Origin: an uncultured bacterium
GTDB lineage: Bacteria; Verrucomicrobiota; Verrucomicrobiia; Verrucomicrobiales; DEV007
NCBI GenBank assembly: GCA_963977015.1
Contig: CAXBMO010000017.1
Location: 64,001 to 128,000 of the forward strand
Reading direction: 5' to 3'
Length of the DNA stretch: 64,000 nucleotides
The notes under the pieces were generated by a model that saw nothing but the letters and a program-made list of their open reading frames with translations, had not been told where the DNA came from and did not search any database. The translations under genes were made by a program, and so were the position numbers. Each line of letters opens with the position of its first letter. Position 1 is the stretch's first letter. Below, in pieces: positions 1-8,880 of the stretch.

Positions 1-408
1 CAATTCGTCGAATCCAAGCCGACCGGAACCGCCTACATTTATCTCAACTACGGGATGTATTGGTTGAGCAATGTTTTAATCAAAGGCGGACCTTCCAACG
101 GATTCGTCCTGATCCGGGCACTCGAGCCGCTTGAGGGAATTCCCAAAATGCAGAAACGCCGAAACAAGGAACGATTGACCGATCTATGCTCCGGCCCGGG
201 CAAACTGAGCATGGCGCTCGGAATCAGCGGAGAAGATCACGGTCGCTCCTTCGTCAGGTCATCCAAACGAGGATTCTTCACACCGGCCAACCAGCCTCCC
301 AAGGTCGAGGCCGATGTCCGGATTGGAATTTCGAAAGCCGTGGATCTGCGCTGGCGATTTCTGGCGAAGGATTCGCCCTACGTCAGCGTTCCACCAACGG
401 GCAATTAA
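1..408 (+). CDS. mpg: DNA-3-methyladenine glycosylase (MPG/AAG family), 5' part outside the window
   Basis: Frame open from base 1: QFVESKPTGTAYIYLNYGMYW...VLIRALEP...LCSGPGKL...RIGIS...WRF, all typical MPG motifs. Confidence 0.9.
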   Translation, partial: QFVESKPTGTAYIYLNYGMYWLSNVLIKGGPSNGFVLIRALEPLEGIPKMQKRRNKERLTDLCSGPGKLSMALGISGEDHGRSFVRSSKRGFFTPANQPPKVEADVRIGISKAVDLRWRFLAKDSPYVSVPPTGN

Positions 409-1181
409 GCGACGGACTGTTCAGCGGCCGAAACGATCTCGAAGAAGCTATCGGCTTCCAAACTCGCTCCACCAACCAAACCGCCATCGACGTCGGGCTG
501 AGCCATCAACTCGGCTGCGTTGCCGGGCTTCATGCTGCCTCCATACTGGATTCGCACTTTCGCGGCGGCATCCGCGCCAAACGTTGTTGCAACGACGCTG
601 CGAACAAAGGCGTGAGCTTCCTGGGCTTGCTCTGGAGTTGCGGTGCGTCCGGTTCCAATCGCCCAGACGGGTTCGTAAGCGATCACGATGTCGCCCACTT
701 TGTCCGCAGCGACTCCGGCGAGACCGCCTTCGATCTGGGTTTGGCAGACGGCTTCCAGTTTGCCGGCATCGCGCTCTTCCAGAGTCTCACCAATGCACAA
801 AATCGGGATCAGGTTCGCTCCAAGCGCCGTGTGAACCTTCTGATTGATGAAGGCATCGGTCTCACCAAAAATCTGGCGTCGCTCGCTGTGGCCCAGCACG
901 ACATACTGAACATTGAGCGCGTTGAGAAACTCGGCACTCACTTCGCCGGTGTAGGCTCCGTTCGCCTCATTGTGCATGTTCTGGGCGCCCAACCCAACCA
1001 CCGTATTTCCGGCCAGAGCCTGGGCAGCAGCGGGAATCGACGTGAAAGGCGGAACGATGACGGCGTCACTCCCACAGGAATTACCAAACTTCGGCAAAAA
1101 GGCGCTCAAAAACTCCTCAGTCTGCGCTGGAGTCTTGTTCATCTTCCAGTTGGCGGCTACGATGGGTCGGCGGGATGACAT
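405..1181 (-). CDS. tpiA: Triosephosphate isomerase
   Basis: ANWKMNK, GHSERR, AYEPVWAIGTG, YGGS and GGLVGGASL motifs. Confidence 0.98.
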   Translation of the reverse strand: MSSRRPIVAANWKMNKTPAQTEEFLSAFLPKFGNSCGSDAVIVPPFTSIPAAAQALAGNTVVGLGAQNMHNEANGAYTGEVSAEFLNALNVQYVVLGHSERRQIFGETDAFINQKVHTALGANLIPILCIGETLEERDAGKLEAVCQTQIEGGLAGVAADKVGDIVIAYEPVWAIGTGRTATPEQAQEAHAFVRSVVATTFGADAAAKVRIQYGGSMKPGNAAELMAQPDVDGGLVGGASLEADSFFEIVSAAEQSVA

Positions 1182-1284
1182 GTTTTAAATTGGGCTAGAT
1201 TTTAGGAAAAATTCGCAGGACTTATGCGCAGGCTGGCCCGAATGACAAAGAGCGAATTCGGAAAAATTCCTAACGCAGGCAACC

Positions 1285-2955
1285 ATGCTAACGGCGCTCA
1301 AAATCAAAAACCTGGCCTTGGTCGACGATTTGACTTGGGAAGTGGGCTCTGGACTCGTCACCGTGACCGGAGAAACCGGAGCTGGAAAATCGATCATCGT
1401 TGGAGCCTTGAAGTTAATTCTGGGCGAACGCGCCGGTCGAGACTTACTTCGATTTGGGGAAAAACACTGCACGGTGGAAGCCGTTTTTGAGATTTCCAAT
1501 CGCGATGAAGTCAATGCGATTCTTGAAAACGCCGGGCTGGAGCTTTGCGAAGAAAACCAGCTCGTTTTGAAACGCGTTTTCAGCATCGCGGGTTCCAACA
1601 AACAGTTTGTGAACTGCGGCCCGGCAACGCTCGCCGCCTTAAAACAGGTGGGAAACGTGCTCGTGGACCTTCACGGCCCGCACGATCACCAATCGCTCCT
1701 TTCCCAAGAGCGCCAGCTTCAGATGCTCGACGCCTATGCCGGTCCGGCGGTTCGAAAGTGCCTGGCCGCCTACCGCACCGCCTACGATCGATGGACGGAA
1801 GCGAATCGGGATTACCTGGCCCTGCGCGACGCGGAGCAAACCACCGGCCATGAATTGGAACTTCTCCGATTTCAGGTCGAAGAAATCCAGAACGCCGGAC
1901 TGCGAACCAACGAGGAGGCCGAGCTGGAGCAGCAATACGCCGTCGCCTCCAACAGCCAACGCCTCATCGAAACTGCGAGCACCATTTCCAACAAGCTCAG
2001 CGAAGGCCCCATGGCGATTCTCAGCCAACTCGCCAGCCTGCAAAAAAGTGTGCGCGAATTGGAACGCATCGACGACGCGACGAGCGAACTCCTCAGCGGG
2101 TTCGACACCGTCCAAGTCGAACTGGATGAGCTTTGCCACGGCTTGCAGGACTACGTCTCGAATTTGGAAGTGAACCCGGAAGAAGTCCGCCGGCTGGAGA
2201 ACCGCCTCGATTTGATCCAGGGATTGAAACGCAAATACGGGCAGACGGTCGAAGACATCATGGAGTTTGGCCAACGGGCCGAGCGAAAGCTGAATGCCAC
2301 GAAAAGCCGGAGCGACGAATTGCATCGCCTGGAAGAGTTGATCGATGAAACGCGGCAGACGGTCGACAAGGCGGGAAAAGCGCTCAGCAGGAAACGCCAT
2401 GAATTTGCTCCCAAACTCGCCAAAGAAGTCTCCGGCCACCTCAAAGACCTCGGCTTCAAGCAATCCAAGTTTGAGATCGCGGAAGAACCGCACGAGCAAC
2501 CTTCGGCAACCGGTTTGGAACAAATCGATTTTCAGTTCGCGCCAAATCCGGGGGAACCGTTCAAACCGCTTCGCGTCATTGCCTCGAGCGGCGAGATGTC
2601 GCGCGTGATGCTCGCCGTAAAAAACGCGCTCGCCGATCAGGACCAGATCCCACTGATGGTCTTCGACGAAATCGACGCGAACGTTGGCGGACAAATCGCC
2701 CGGGCCGTCGGGCAAAAAATGGCCACGCTTGGCGAAAAACACCAGGTCGTCGCGATCACCCACATGCCCCAGGTCGCCTCGCTCTCCCAATACCACTATC
2801 TCGTCCAGAAAGAAGTGCGCAGCGGGAAAACCCGATCCACGTTAAAACGCGTGGATGGCGAAGCCCGCGTTGCCGAAATCGAACGCATGTTGGGCGGCGG
2901 AGGCGAAACGGCGAAGGCCTTGGCCGAAGAGATGCTGAAGAACGCGGCTCCCTAA
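1285..2955 (+). CDS. recN: DNA repair protein RecN (SMC-like ATPase)
   Basis: 556 aa; TGETGAGKS Walker A, long coiled coil, ASSGEMSR signature, VFDEID Walker B, ITHMPQVA. Confidence 0.96.
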   Translation: MLTALKIKNLALVDDLTWEVGSGLVTVTGETGAGKSIIVGALKLILGERAGRDLLRFGEKHCTVEAVFEISNRDEVNAILENAGLELCEENQLVLKRVFSIAGSNKQFVNCGPATLAALKQVGNVLVDLHGPHDHQSLLSQERQLQMLDAYAGPAVRKCLAAYRTAYDRWTEANRDYLALRDAEQTTGHELELLRFQVEEIQNAGLRTNEEAELEQQYAVASNSQRLIETASTISNKLSEGPMAILSQLASLQKSVRELERIDDATSELLSGFDTVQVELDELCHGLQDYVSNLEVNPEEVRRLENRLDLIQGLKRKYGQTVEDIMEFGQRAERKLNATKSRSDELHRLEELIDETRQTVDKAGKALSRKRHEFAPKLAKEVSGHLKDLGFKQSKFEIAEEPHEQPSATGLEQIDFQFAPNPGEPFKPLRVIASSGEMSRVMLAVKNALADQDQIPLMVFDEIDANVGGQIARAVGQKMATLGEKHQVVAITHMPQVASLSQYHYLVQKEVRSGKTRSTLKRVDGEARVAEIERMLGGGGETAKALAEEMLKNAAP

Positions 2956-3005
2956 TGAAAGTCGTGCGAATACGACTCTTTCACCACACCGAAATGCAAG
3001 CCTTC
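2952..3005 (-). repeat. Displaced duplicate of the dnaE2 3' end (EGLHFGVVKESYSHDFH*)
   Basis: 22 bp AATGAAAGTCGTGCGAATACGA identical at 2954-2975 and 3594-3615; gapless in-frame similarity continues to about 3005 and 3645. Confidence 0.9.
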
Positions 3006-3056
3006 TGATCGGTGAAAATCACTTGGAAAGCATCTTTATTTGCGTCACCTTTAGAC

Positions 3057-3278
3057 ATGATCGCTTCCTTTCCGGAACTGGAGCAATTGACCCCTCAAGA
3101 GAAATTCACCCTCGCCAGTGAGCTTTGGCAACAGGCGATGGAAGGCAACGATGCTTGCGCCAATCCGGACCCTCAAATCGTCGAACTTCTCGAGAAACGG
3201 CTCGATCACTACGCTGAGAATCCGGAGTCTGGATTGCCTTGGGAAGAGGTGAAACGGAAAATTCTTGCGACCAAATGA
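3057..3278 (+). CDS. Addiction-module antitoxin (TIGR02574-like)
   Basis: LTPQEKFTLASELW...ELLEKRL...NPESGLPWEEVK pattern; stop overlaps the toxin start (ATGA). ATG at 3057 preferred over GTG at 3012. Confidence 0.85.
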   Translation: MIASFPELEQLTPQEKFTLASELWQQAMEGNDACANPDPQIVELLEKRLDHYAENPESGLPWEEVKRKILATK

Positions 3279-3598
3279 TCGATGAGGTCGTTTGGACGCA
3301 AGGCGCGTCCGCCGATCTTCAGGAACAGTTCGAAAAACTCGAAGACACCGCTGACGGGCGAGGACTGGAGTTAATCGAGCGGGTGGATGCCGCGATGGAA
3401 CTGCTGAAAGCTCACCCGGAGATTGCCTCGAGATATGGCACCCGGCTCAGGCGGAAGCTGATTGGCAAGAACTGCGAGTTTGGATTGTTTTACTCGATTG
3501 TTGGCCACAGGATCATTTTGGCCGCGCTTTTGGATTTGCGCCAGGACCCGAAGCAAATTCTACGCACGCTCAAACAACGTGGAGTGGGTGATCAATGA
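3275..3598 (+). CDS. RelE/ParE-family toxin
   Basis: 107 aa; VVWTQGASADL N-terminus, LLKAHPE, RRKLI..GLFYSI..IILAALLDLRQDP; translationally coupled to the antitoxin. Confidence 0.85.
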   Translation: MIDEVVWTQGASADLQEQFEKLEDTADGRGLELIERVDAAMELLKAHPEIASRYGTRLRRKLIGKNCEFGLFYSIVGHRIILAALLDLRQDPKQILRTLKQRGVGDQ

Positions 3599-6500
3599 AA
3601 GTCGTGCGAATACGAATTCGTCACCGAGTCGAATCGTAGCCCTTCCACCACTTCGGTGTAGATCGAGGTGACTCCGTCGTTGTTTTGCACGCGACCGCCG
3701 ATTTTGAGGAAGGTTTCCTGGGTGATGATGAGGCGGAATTCTTCGAATTTGGGGCCGGGGACGAAGGCGTTGGAGATGCCGGTCTCGTCTTCGAGGCTGA
3801 TGAAGACGTGGCCTTTGGCAGTGCCGGGGCGTTGGCGGCAAATGACGAGTCCGGCGATCCAAATCCGCTCACCGTCCTTCGCCTGGCAGATGTCGGAGGC
3901 TCGCCAGATTTCCGGAAGGTTCTCACGAATGTAAGCCATCGGATGCGGGCCCGTGGTGAGATGCTGGGTTTCGTAATCGGCAGCGAGGCGTTCGTTGGGG
4001 AGCATGGGGGTTAGCGGCACCAGCCGTCGTCCTCGTCCCTCGTTCTCGTCCTTCGTCCTCGATGCGGATGGCTCAGGCAGCGCGGAATCGAGGACGAGGG
4101 ACGAGGAGGAGCACGAGGACGATGCCTGGGCGAAGAGGTCCAATTCCACGTGACGCTCGACTTCCCACAGCGCGGCTCTTCGATGCTCGGCCAACCCATT
4201 GAGCGCGCCGGCTTTCGCCAAAACGCGGCGCTCGTCCTTGTGAACCCGGGTTCGCAGCAAAAAATCATCGAGATCGCGAAACGGCTCACGCGAGCGTTCC
4301 ACCAGGATTCGTTCCGCCGCATCCCGGCTTAGCCCTTTGATCTGACTCAAACCAAGGCGAATCTGGTCATCCGCCAGCACGATTGCGCCGAATTCCGACG
4401 AGGCCACGTTCACCGGCTTGATGCGAATGCCGTGATGCCGGGCGTCTTTGATCAACGTCGCGGGAGAGTAGAAACCCATCGGTTGGTTGTTGAGCAATCC
4501 GACGTAAAACTCGGCGGCGCGATGCACCTTGAGCCAGGCGCTGGCGTAGGCGATGAGCGCGAAACTGATGGCGTGCGATTCCGGGAAGCCGTATTGCGCG
4601 AAAGCCTGGATCGAGTGCACGATTTCGTCCTGCAGCACCGGATCCACGTTTTTCGCATCCATCGCCGCGCGCAATTTCGCCATGACGCGCTCCATCTTTT
4701 CGCGCGAGCGATTGAAGCTCATGGCGCGGCGCAACTCCTCCGCTTCGGAGCCGGTGAAGTCCGCAATCACCATCGCCATTTTGAGAACCTGCTCCTGAAA
4801 CAGCGGCACGCCCAAGGTGCGTTCAAGGATGGGCTCGAACAAGGGATGGATGTAGTTTGGTTCCTCGCGCCCCCGTTTTCGGTTGATGTAAGGGTGGACC
4901 ATCTTCCCGACAATCGGCCCCGGACGAATCAACGCCGTTTCCACCACCACATCGTAAAAACAACGCGGCTGAAGTCGCGGCAAGGTTGCCATCTGGGCGC
5001 GACTCTCGACCTGGAACAGTCCAATCGTGTCGGCCTCGCAGAGCATGTCGTAAACCTTCTCATCGTCGTAGGGCAAATTGTGGATCTCGACCGGACGCCC
5101 GCGTTCTTCGCACATGGCAACCGTGTCCTGAACTGCCGAGAGCATGCCCAACCCCAACAAATCGACCTTGATGATCCCGAGGTCTTCGCAGTCGTCCTTG
5201 TCCCACTGAACCACGACGCGATTTGGCATCGATGCGTTCTCCAGCGGCACCACCGTGTCGAGCGGCTTGTCCGAAACGATCATCCCGCCGGAATGTTGGC
5301 CGAGGTGACGCGGCAGGCCGTAAACGCTCTGGTAAAGGTGAATCAATGCCGGCAAACGTGGATGCTCGCCGGACAATCCAGCCTGGGCGACATGGTCGCG
5401 GAGTTGCATCGTATCCGGATAATCGCCACGCCCGTAGAGATCGGAAAACCGCCCCAACACGTCTTCAGGGATTCCGAGCACCTTGCCCATCTCGCGCATC
5501 GCGCTGCGCCCCCGGTAGGTAATCACGTTCGCCGTCATCGCGGCGCCGCGTGGCGAGTATTTGCGGAAGACTTCCTGAATCACGGATTCACGCCGGTCGC
5601 CGCTCGGGAGATCGATGTCGATGTCCGGCCAGGACTCGCGTCCTTCGCTCAAAAACCGCTCAAACAGCAGCTTGCCGCCAACGGGATCGACGTTCGTGAT
5701 TCCGAGGCTGTAACACACGGCGCTGTTCGCGGCACTGCCTCGCCCTTGCGCGAGAATCCCTTCCCGTTTCGCGAAGTTCATGATGTCCCAAACGATGAGG
5801 AAGTAACCGCAGAAACCGAGTTTACCGATCAACGCCAACTCGTGCTCCAACTGCTTCTTAACCGCTGTGTTAAACTTTTTCCCGTAACGCGCCTTCGCGC
5901 CGAGCCAGGTTTCGCGACGCAAAACGTCGCTCATCGTTTCCTCATTTCCGGTTGGATATTTGGGAAACTGGTAACCCAGGTTCTGCAGCGAAAACTCCAA
6001 CCGCTCCGCGAGACGTTCCGTGTTCGCAATCGCCTGCGGCAGATCCGCGAACAGCGCCGCCATTTGCGCTGGAGACTTCAGATAGCGCTCCCCATTTCGA
6101 CTCAGCAAGGCGCCGGCATCGTCGAGCGTTTGATGATGGCGCAAACAGGTGAAGGCATCGAGCAACGGACGCTCCGCTTTTCGCGCAAACCGGGTTCCAT
6201 TCGACGCCAAAACCGGCAACCCCAGGTTTTCCGCCAGATCCACCAACGCGCTCACCACCCAGTTTTCCCCACGAACGCGATGGCGCTGGATTTCGACGAA
6301 AACCTGGGGTTTCCCAAAAATCGCGATCAACTGGCGCATCGCCTTCTCCGCACCATCCCGGTCGCCACGCTCCAGCGCAGCGCGCACCGGACCATCCTCA
6401 TCGCCGCTTAACGCGACCAAACCCGGCGCAAACTCCTCCAATTCGCGCCACGTCACCATTCCCTCCCCTTTCGGCGCCCGCAGTTTGGCCCGAGTGATCA

Positions 6501-6774
6501 TGCGACACAGATTCTGGTATCCCGCGCGCGACTCCACCAACAGCGGGATCGCGCAGCCGCATTCCATCGTCACCTCCGCGCCAACAATCGCGCGAATCCC
6601 GGCTTCCTTCGCTCGAGCGTTCGCCCGCGCCGAACCGTAAACCCCATCGCGATCGCAAATCGCCAATTCGGCCATGCCAACCTCGGCCGCACGTTCCACG
6701 AGCACCTCCAGTTGGGACGAACCGCGAAGGAAGCTGAACGCCGAATTGGCATGGAGTTCGATGAATCTGGACAA
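3592..6774 (-). CDS. dnaE2: Error-prone DNA polymerase DnaE2 (ImuC)
   Basis: PHP start ELHANSAFSFLRGSS, GRGSAANS, PDIDID, PRHLGQHSGG, GFPESHA, NNQPMGFY, RQRPGTAKG and C-terminal SHDFH. Confidence 0.96.
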   Translation of the reverse strand: MSRFIELHANSAFSFLRGSSQLEVLVERAAEVGMAELAICDRDGVYGSARANARAKEAGIRAIVGAEVTMECGCAIPLLVESRAGYQNLCRMITRAKLRAPKGEGMVTWRELEEFAPGLVALSGDEDGPVRAALERGDRDGAEKAMRQLIAIFGKPQVFVEIQRHRVRGENWVVSALVDLAENLGLPVLASNGTRFARKAERPLLDAFTCLRHHQTLDDAGALLSRNGERYLKSPAQMAALFADLPQAIANTERLAERLEFSLQNLGYQFPKYPTGNEETMSDVLRRETWLGAKARYGKKFNTAVKKQLEHELALIGKLGFCGYFLIVWDIMNFAKREGILAQGRGSAANSAVCYSLGITNVDPVGGKLLFERFLSEGRESWPDIDIDLPSGDRRESVIQEVFRKYSPRGAAMTANVITYRGRSAMREMGKVLGIPEDVLGRFSDLYGRGDYPDTMQLRDHVAQAGLSGEHPRLPALIHLYQSVYGLPRHLGQHSGGMIVSDKPLDTVVPLENASMPNRVVVQWDKDDCEDLGIIKVDLLGLGMLSAVQDTVAMCEERGRPVEIHNLPYDDEKVYDMLCEADTIGLFQVESRAQMATLPRLQPRCFYDVVVETALIRPGPIVGKMVHPYINRKRGREEPNYIHPLFEPILERTLGVPLFQEQVLKMAMVIADFTGSEAEELRRAMSFNRSREKMERVMAKLRAAMDAKNVDPVLQDEIVHSIQAFAQYGFPESHAISFALIAYASAWLKVHRAAEFYVGLLNNQPMGFYSPATLIKDARHHGIRIKPVNVASSEFGAIVLADDQIRLGLSQIKGLSRDAAERILVERSREPFRDLDDFLLRTRVHKDERRVLAKAGALNGLAEHRRAALWEVERHVELDLFAQASSSCSSSSLVLDSALPEPSASRTKDENEGRGRRLVPLTPMLPNERLAADYETQHLTTGPHPMAYIRENLPEIWRASDICQAKDGERIWIAGLVICRQRPGTAKGHVFISLEDETGISNAFVPGPKFEEFRLIITQETFLKIGGRVQNNDGVTSIYTEVVEGLRFDSVTNSYSHDFH
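4025..4124. repeat. About 100 bp imperfect palindrome (TCGTCC/GGACGA-rich) within the dnaE2 coding sequence
   Basis: Left arm 4025-4063 is an imperfect reverse complement of right arm 4087-4124; translated in dnaE2 as ASSSCSSSSLVLD...SRTKDENEGRGRR. Confidence 0.85.
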
Positions 6775-6775
6775 C

Positions 6776-6789
6776 TACTCAAATGAACA
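6776..6789 (-). promoter_or_regulatory. Candidate LexA box upstream of dnaE2
   Basis: Minus strand TGTTC-ATTT-GAGTA; 8/10 match to the Verrucomicrobia LexA motif TGTTC-N4-GAACA, abutting the TTG start. Confidence 0.5.
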
Positions 6790-6856
6790 GTCTTTCTGGG
6801 CAATTTCAATGAGAAAGCGACTTGCGAACCCCCGTCTCGACCGTCCCAGTAGAACC

Positions 6857-7609
6857 ATGAAATCCCTTTTCATCCACGCCCTTCTCCTCTTCGGGTTGGC
6901 TCAGGTCAGCCTGGCCCAGCACATCGTTTTTCTGATCGGTGAGCGGGAATACAAGACTGCCGAGTCGCTGCCGGCTTACTTTGAGTCAGATCTCAAGCCC
7001 GCAGGTTTCACCGCGACCTTCATCACCGCTCCGCCGGAAGGGGAGGCAAAGAACGACTTTCCCGGGTTGGAGGAAGCGCTCGCGAAGGCTGATCTTTGCC
7101 TCGTCAGCGTGCGCCGGCGAGCCCCCAAATCCAGTCAAATGGCGGCATTGAAGGCATTTGCCAACGCCGGAAAGCCGATCGTCGGAATCCGGACCAGCAG
7201 CCACGCCTTTCACCTGGGAGGCAAAGAGGTCCCGGAAGGGCATGCACTTTGGGAGGAATTTGACCCGGTCGTCCTGGGCGGAAACTACCACGGACACTAC
7301 GGCAACGAGCCGGCGCCCATTTCGATCGCCAAAGGAGCCGGGTCGCACCCGATTCTTGCCGATATCGGCGAACTGGCCCCCACTTCGAAACTCTATCGCG
7401 CGGCTCCCTTGGCCGAAAAGGCGCAAGCCCTGCTCTTTGCCACGGTTGAGGGCAAGGAGCCGGAACCTGTTGCCTGGACCCACACGTTTGGCCCCAACAA
7501 CGCCCGCATTTTCTACACTTCGCTGGGGTTGGCCGATGAGTTTGCGAACCCCGAATTTCGCAAATTCCTGACTCAGGCGATCCTTTGGGCGCTGAACGAT
7601 CCGGCTTGA
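6857..7609 (+). CDS. Exported ThuA-like (class I glutamine amidotransferase fold) protein
   Basis: Signal peptide MKSLFIHALLLFGLAQVSLA; GKPIVGIRTSSHAF, GGNYHGHY, EPVAWT, RIFYTSLG. Confidence 0.8.
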   Translation: MKSLFIHALLLFGLAQVSLAQHIVFLIGEREYKTAESLPAYFESDLKPAGFTATFITAPPEGEAKNDFPGLEEALAKADLCLVSVRRRAPKSSQMAALKAFANAGKPIVGIRTSSHAFHLGGKEVPEGHALWEEFDPVVLGGNYHGHYGNEPAPISIAKGAGSHPILADIGELAPTSKLYRAAPLAEKAQALLFATVEGKEPEPVAWTHTFGPNNARIFYTSLGLADEFANPEFRKFLTQAILWALNDPA

Positions 7610-7655
7610 AAATCGCGGGACGGCTGGCAGTTTGTTTGCCGAAAATCGTCCCAGA

Positions 7656-8735
7656 ATGATCTATCAGCGACAACAACTTACCACTCTCGAGCCGGAAGAG
7701 TTGGATCGCTATCTGGAGGAAGGCTGGTATCGCTGGGCCCAAACGATCTTTACCGGGCACATCCTTGCCTTTCCCGATGCACTTTACCCGGCAGCGTGGA
7801 TTCGGTTGGCGCTTCCAGACTACAAGTTCCGGAAGAGCCTCCGCCGGATCATGCGGCGCAACGGGGAAAGCCTGGTGGTCAAAATGGGGCCGGCAAAGAT
7901 CACGGCCGCGAAAAATCTGCTCTTTCTGAAGTACCGCGCCAGTTTCAAGGGCGATTTGTTTCCGACCCTTCAGGATGCACTGTTCGGTTCACCGAAGAAG
8001 TCGTCGGTGTTCGACACCCGGCAACTTGAGATTTACCACAACGATCGCCTGATCGCGTTCAGCTTTTTTGATGTCGGCGGCGAGAGCATCGCCAGCATCA
8101 TGGGCATCTACGATCCCGACTACTCGCGATTTGGCTTGGGGTTTTACACCATGCTGCTCGAAATCGAGTGGGCGAAGGAGAATGGGAAAGACTACTTCTA
8201 CCCTGGCTATGCGGTTCCCGGCAATTCGCGGTTTGATTACAAATTGCGAATCGGCGATGTCGAGTTCTTTGAGGCGCGCTCCCAATCCTGGTTGCCGTGG
8301 GACCAGTTCCAGATTGAGAAGACGCCGTTGGCGGAGCTTCGCAAGAAAGTCTCGGACCTGAAGGTTACCGCGACCAACGCCGGTCTTCACTGGCTGATCG
8401 GCCACTATGCCAACTTCGAGGATCCCTGTGAACGCCTCAAAGGCAATCACCTGCTGCAGTTCCCGCTTTATCTTTCGGCCGACGACCATGCTGAAAACGA
8501 GAATCCCATCATCATTGAGTATGATCTGATCTCCACCCAATACCGGCTGAGTCGTTACCAAACCGTCAAAGCGCTGCCGTTCCCCAATCACACCAAACAA
8601 CTGGCGATCTACTCCTACCCGATCAGCTACGATCTGGCAGACTTCGTCTTTCTGGGGTCACTCGTCCGAAAAGAGATCCTTTTTGAGCATCCTGAGGCGC
8701 TCCCGGTGATCGAGCACCTCAAAAATCTGGGATAA
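7656..8735 (+). CDS. Ate1/Bpt-like aminoacyl-tRNA-protein transferase with C-terminal extension
   Basis: LDRYLEEGWYR, KSLRRIMRRN, IYDPDYSRFGLGFYTMLLEIEWAK, YFYPGY, FDYK. Confidence 0.7.
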   Translation: MIYQRQQLTTLEPEELDRYLEEGWYRWAQTIFTGHILAFPDALYPAAWIRLALPDYKFRKSLRRIMRRNGESLVVKMGPAKITAAKNLLFLKYRASFKGDLFPTLQDALFGSPKKSSVFDTRQLEIYHNDRLIAFSFFDVGGESIASIMGIYDPDYSRFGLGFYTMLLEIEWAKENGKDYFYPGYAVPGNSRFDYKLRIGDVEFFEARSQSWLPWDQFQIEKTPLAELRKKVSDLKVTATNAGLHWLIGHYANFEDPCERLKGNHLLQFPLYLSADDHAENENPIIIEYDLISTQYRLSRYQTVKALPFPNHTKQLAIYSYPISYDLADFVFLGSLVRKEILFEHPEALPVIEHLKNLG

Positions 8736-8824
8736 CAGGGCTCGTTCTCATCGTTGAGACCCGAAACTGACTCAGATTGATAATTTTCATAATAAAATGC
8801 AATTATAAGGTTGCCGCGCCTCTG

Positions 8825-8843
8825 GATTATGATAATTATCAAT
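8825..8843. promoter_or_regulatory. Fur-family-like box in an AT-rich promoter
   Basis: GATTATGATAATTATCAAT matches GATAATGATAATCATTATC at 14/19; perfect core palindrome TGATAATTATCA; related site TGATAATTTTCA at 8778-8789. Confidence 0.45.
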
Positions 8844-8880
8844 AACTTAGTCATTCAGAACTTAGAAACGGTCTCTCAAC

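Noticed and set aside
186-1178. 330 aa plus-strand ORF
   Set aside because: Antisense shadow of tpiA with no recognisable motifs.
4432-6411. 659 aa ORF antisense to dnaE2
   Set aside because: Mirror-frame ORF expected from codon bias in GC-rich genes; no domain signal.
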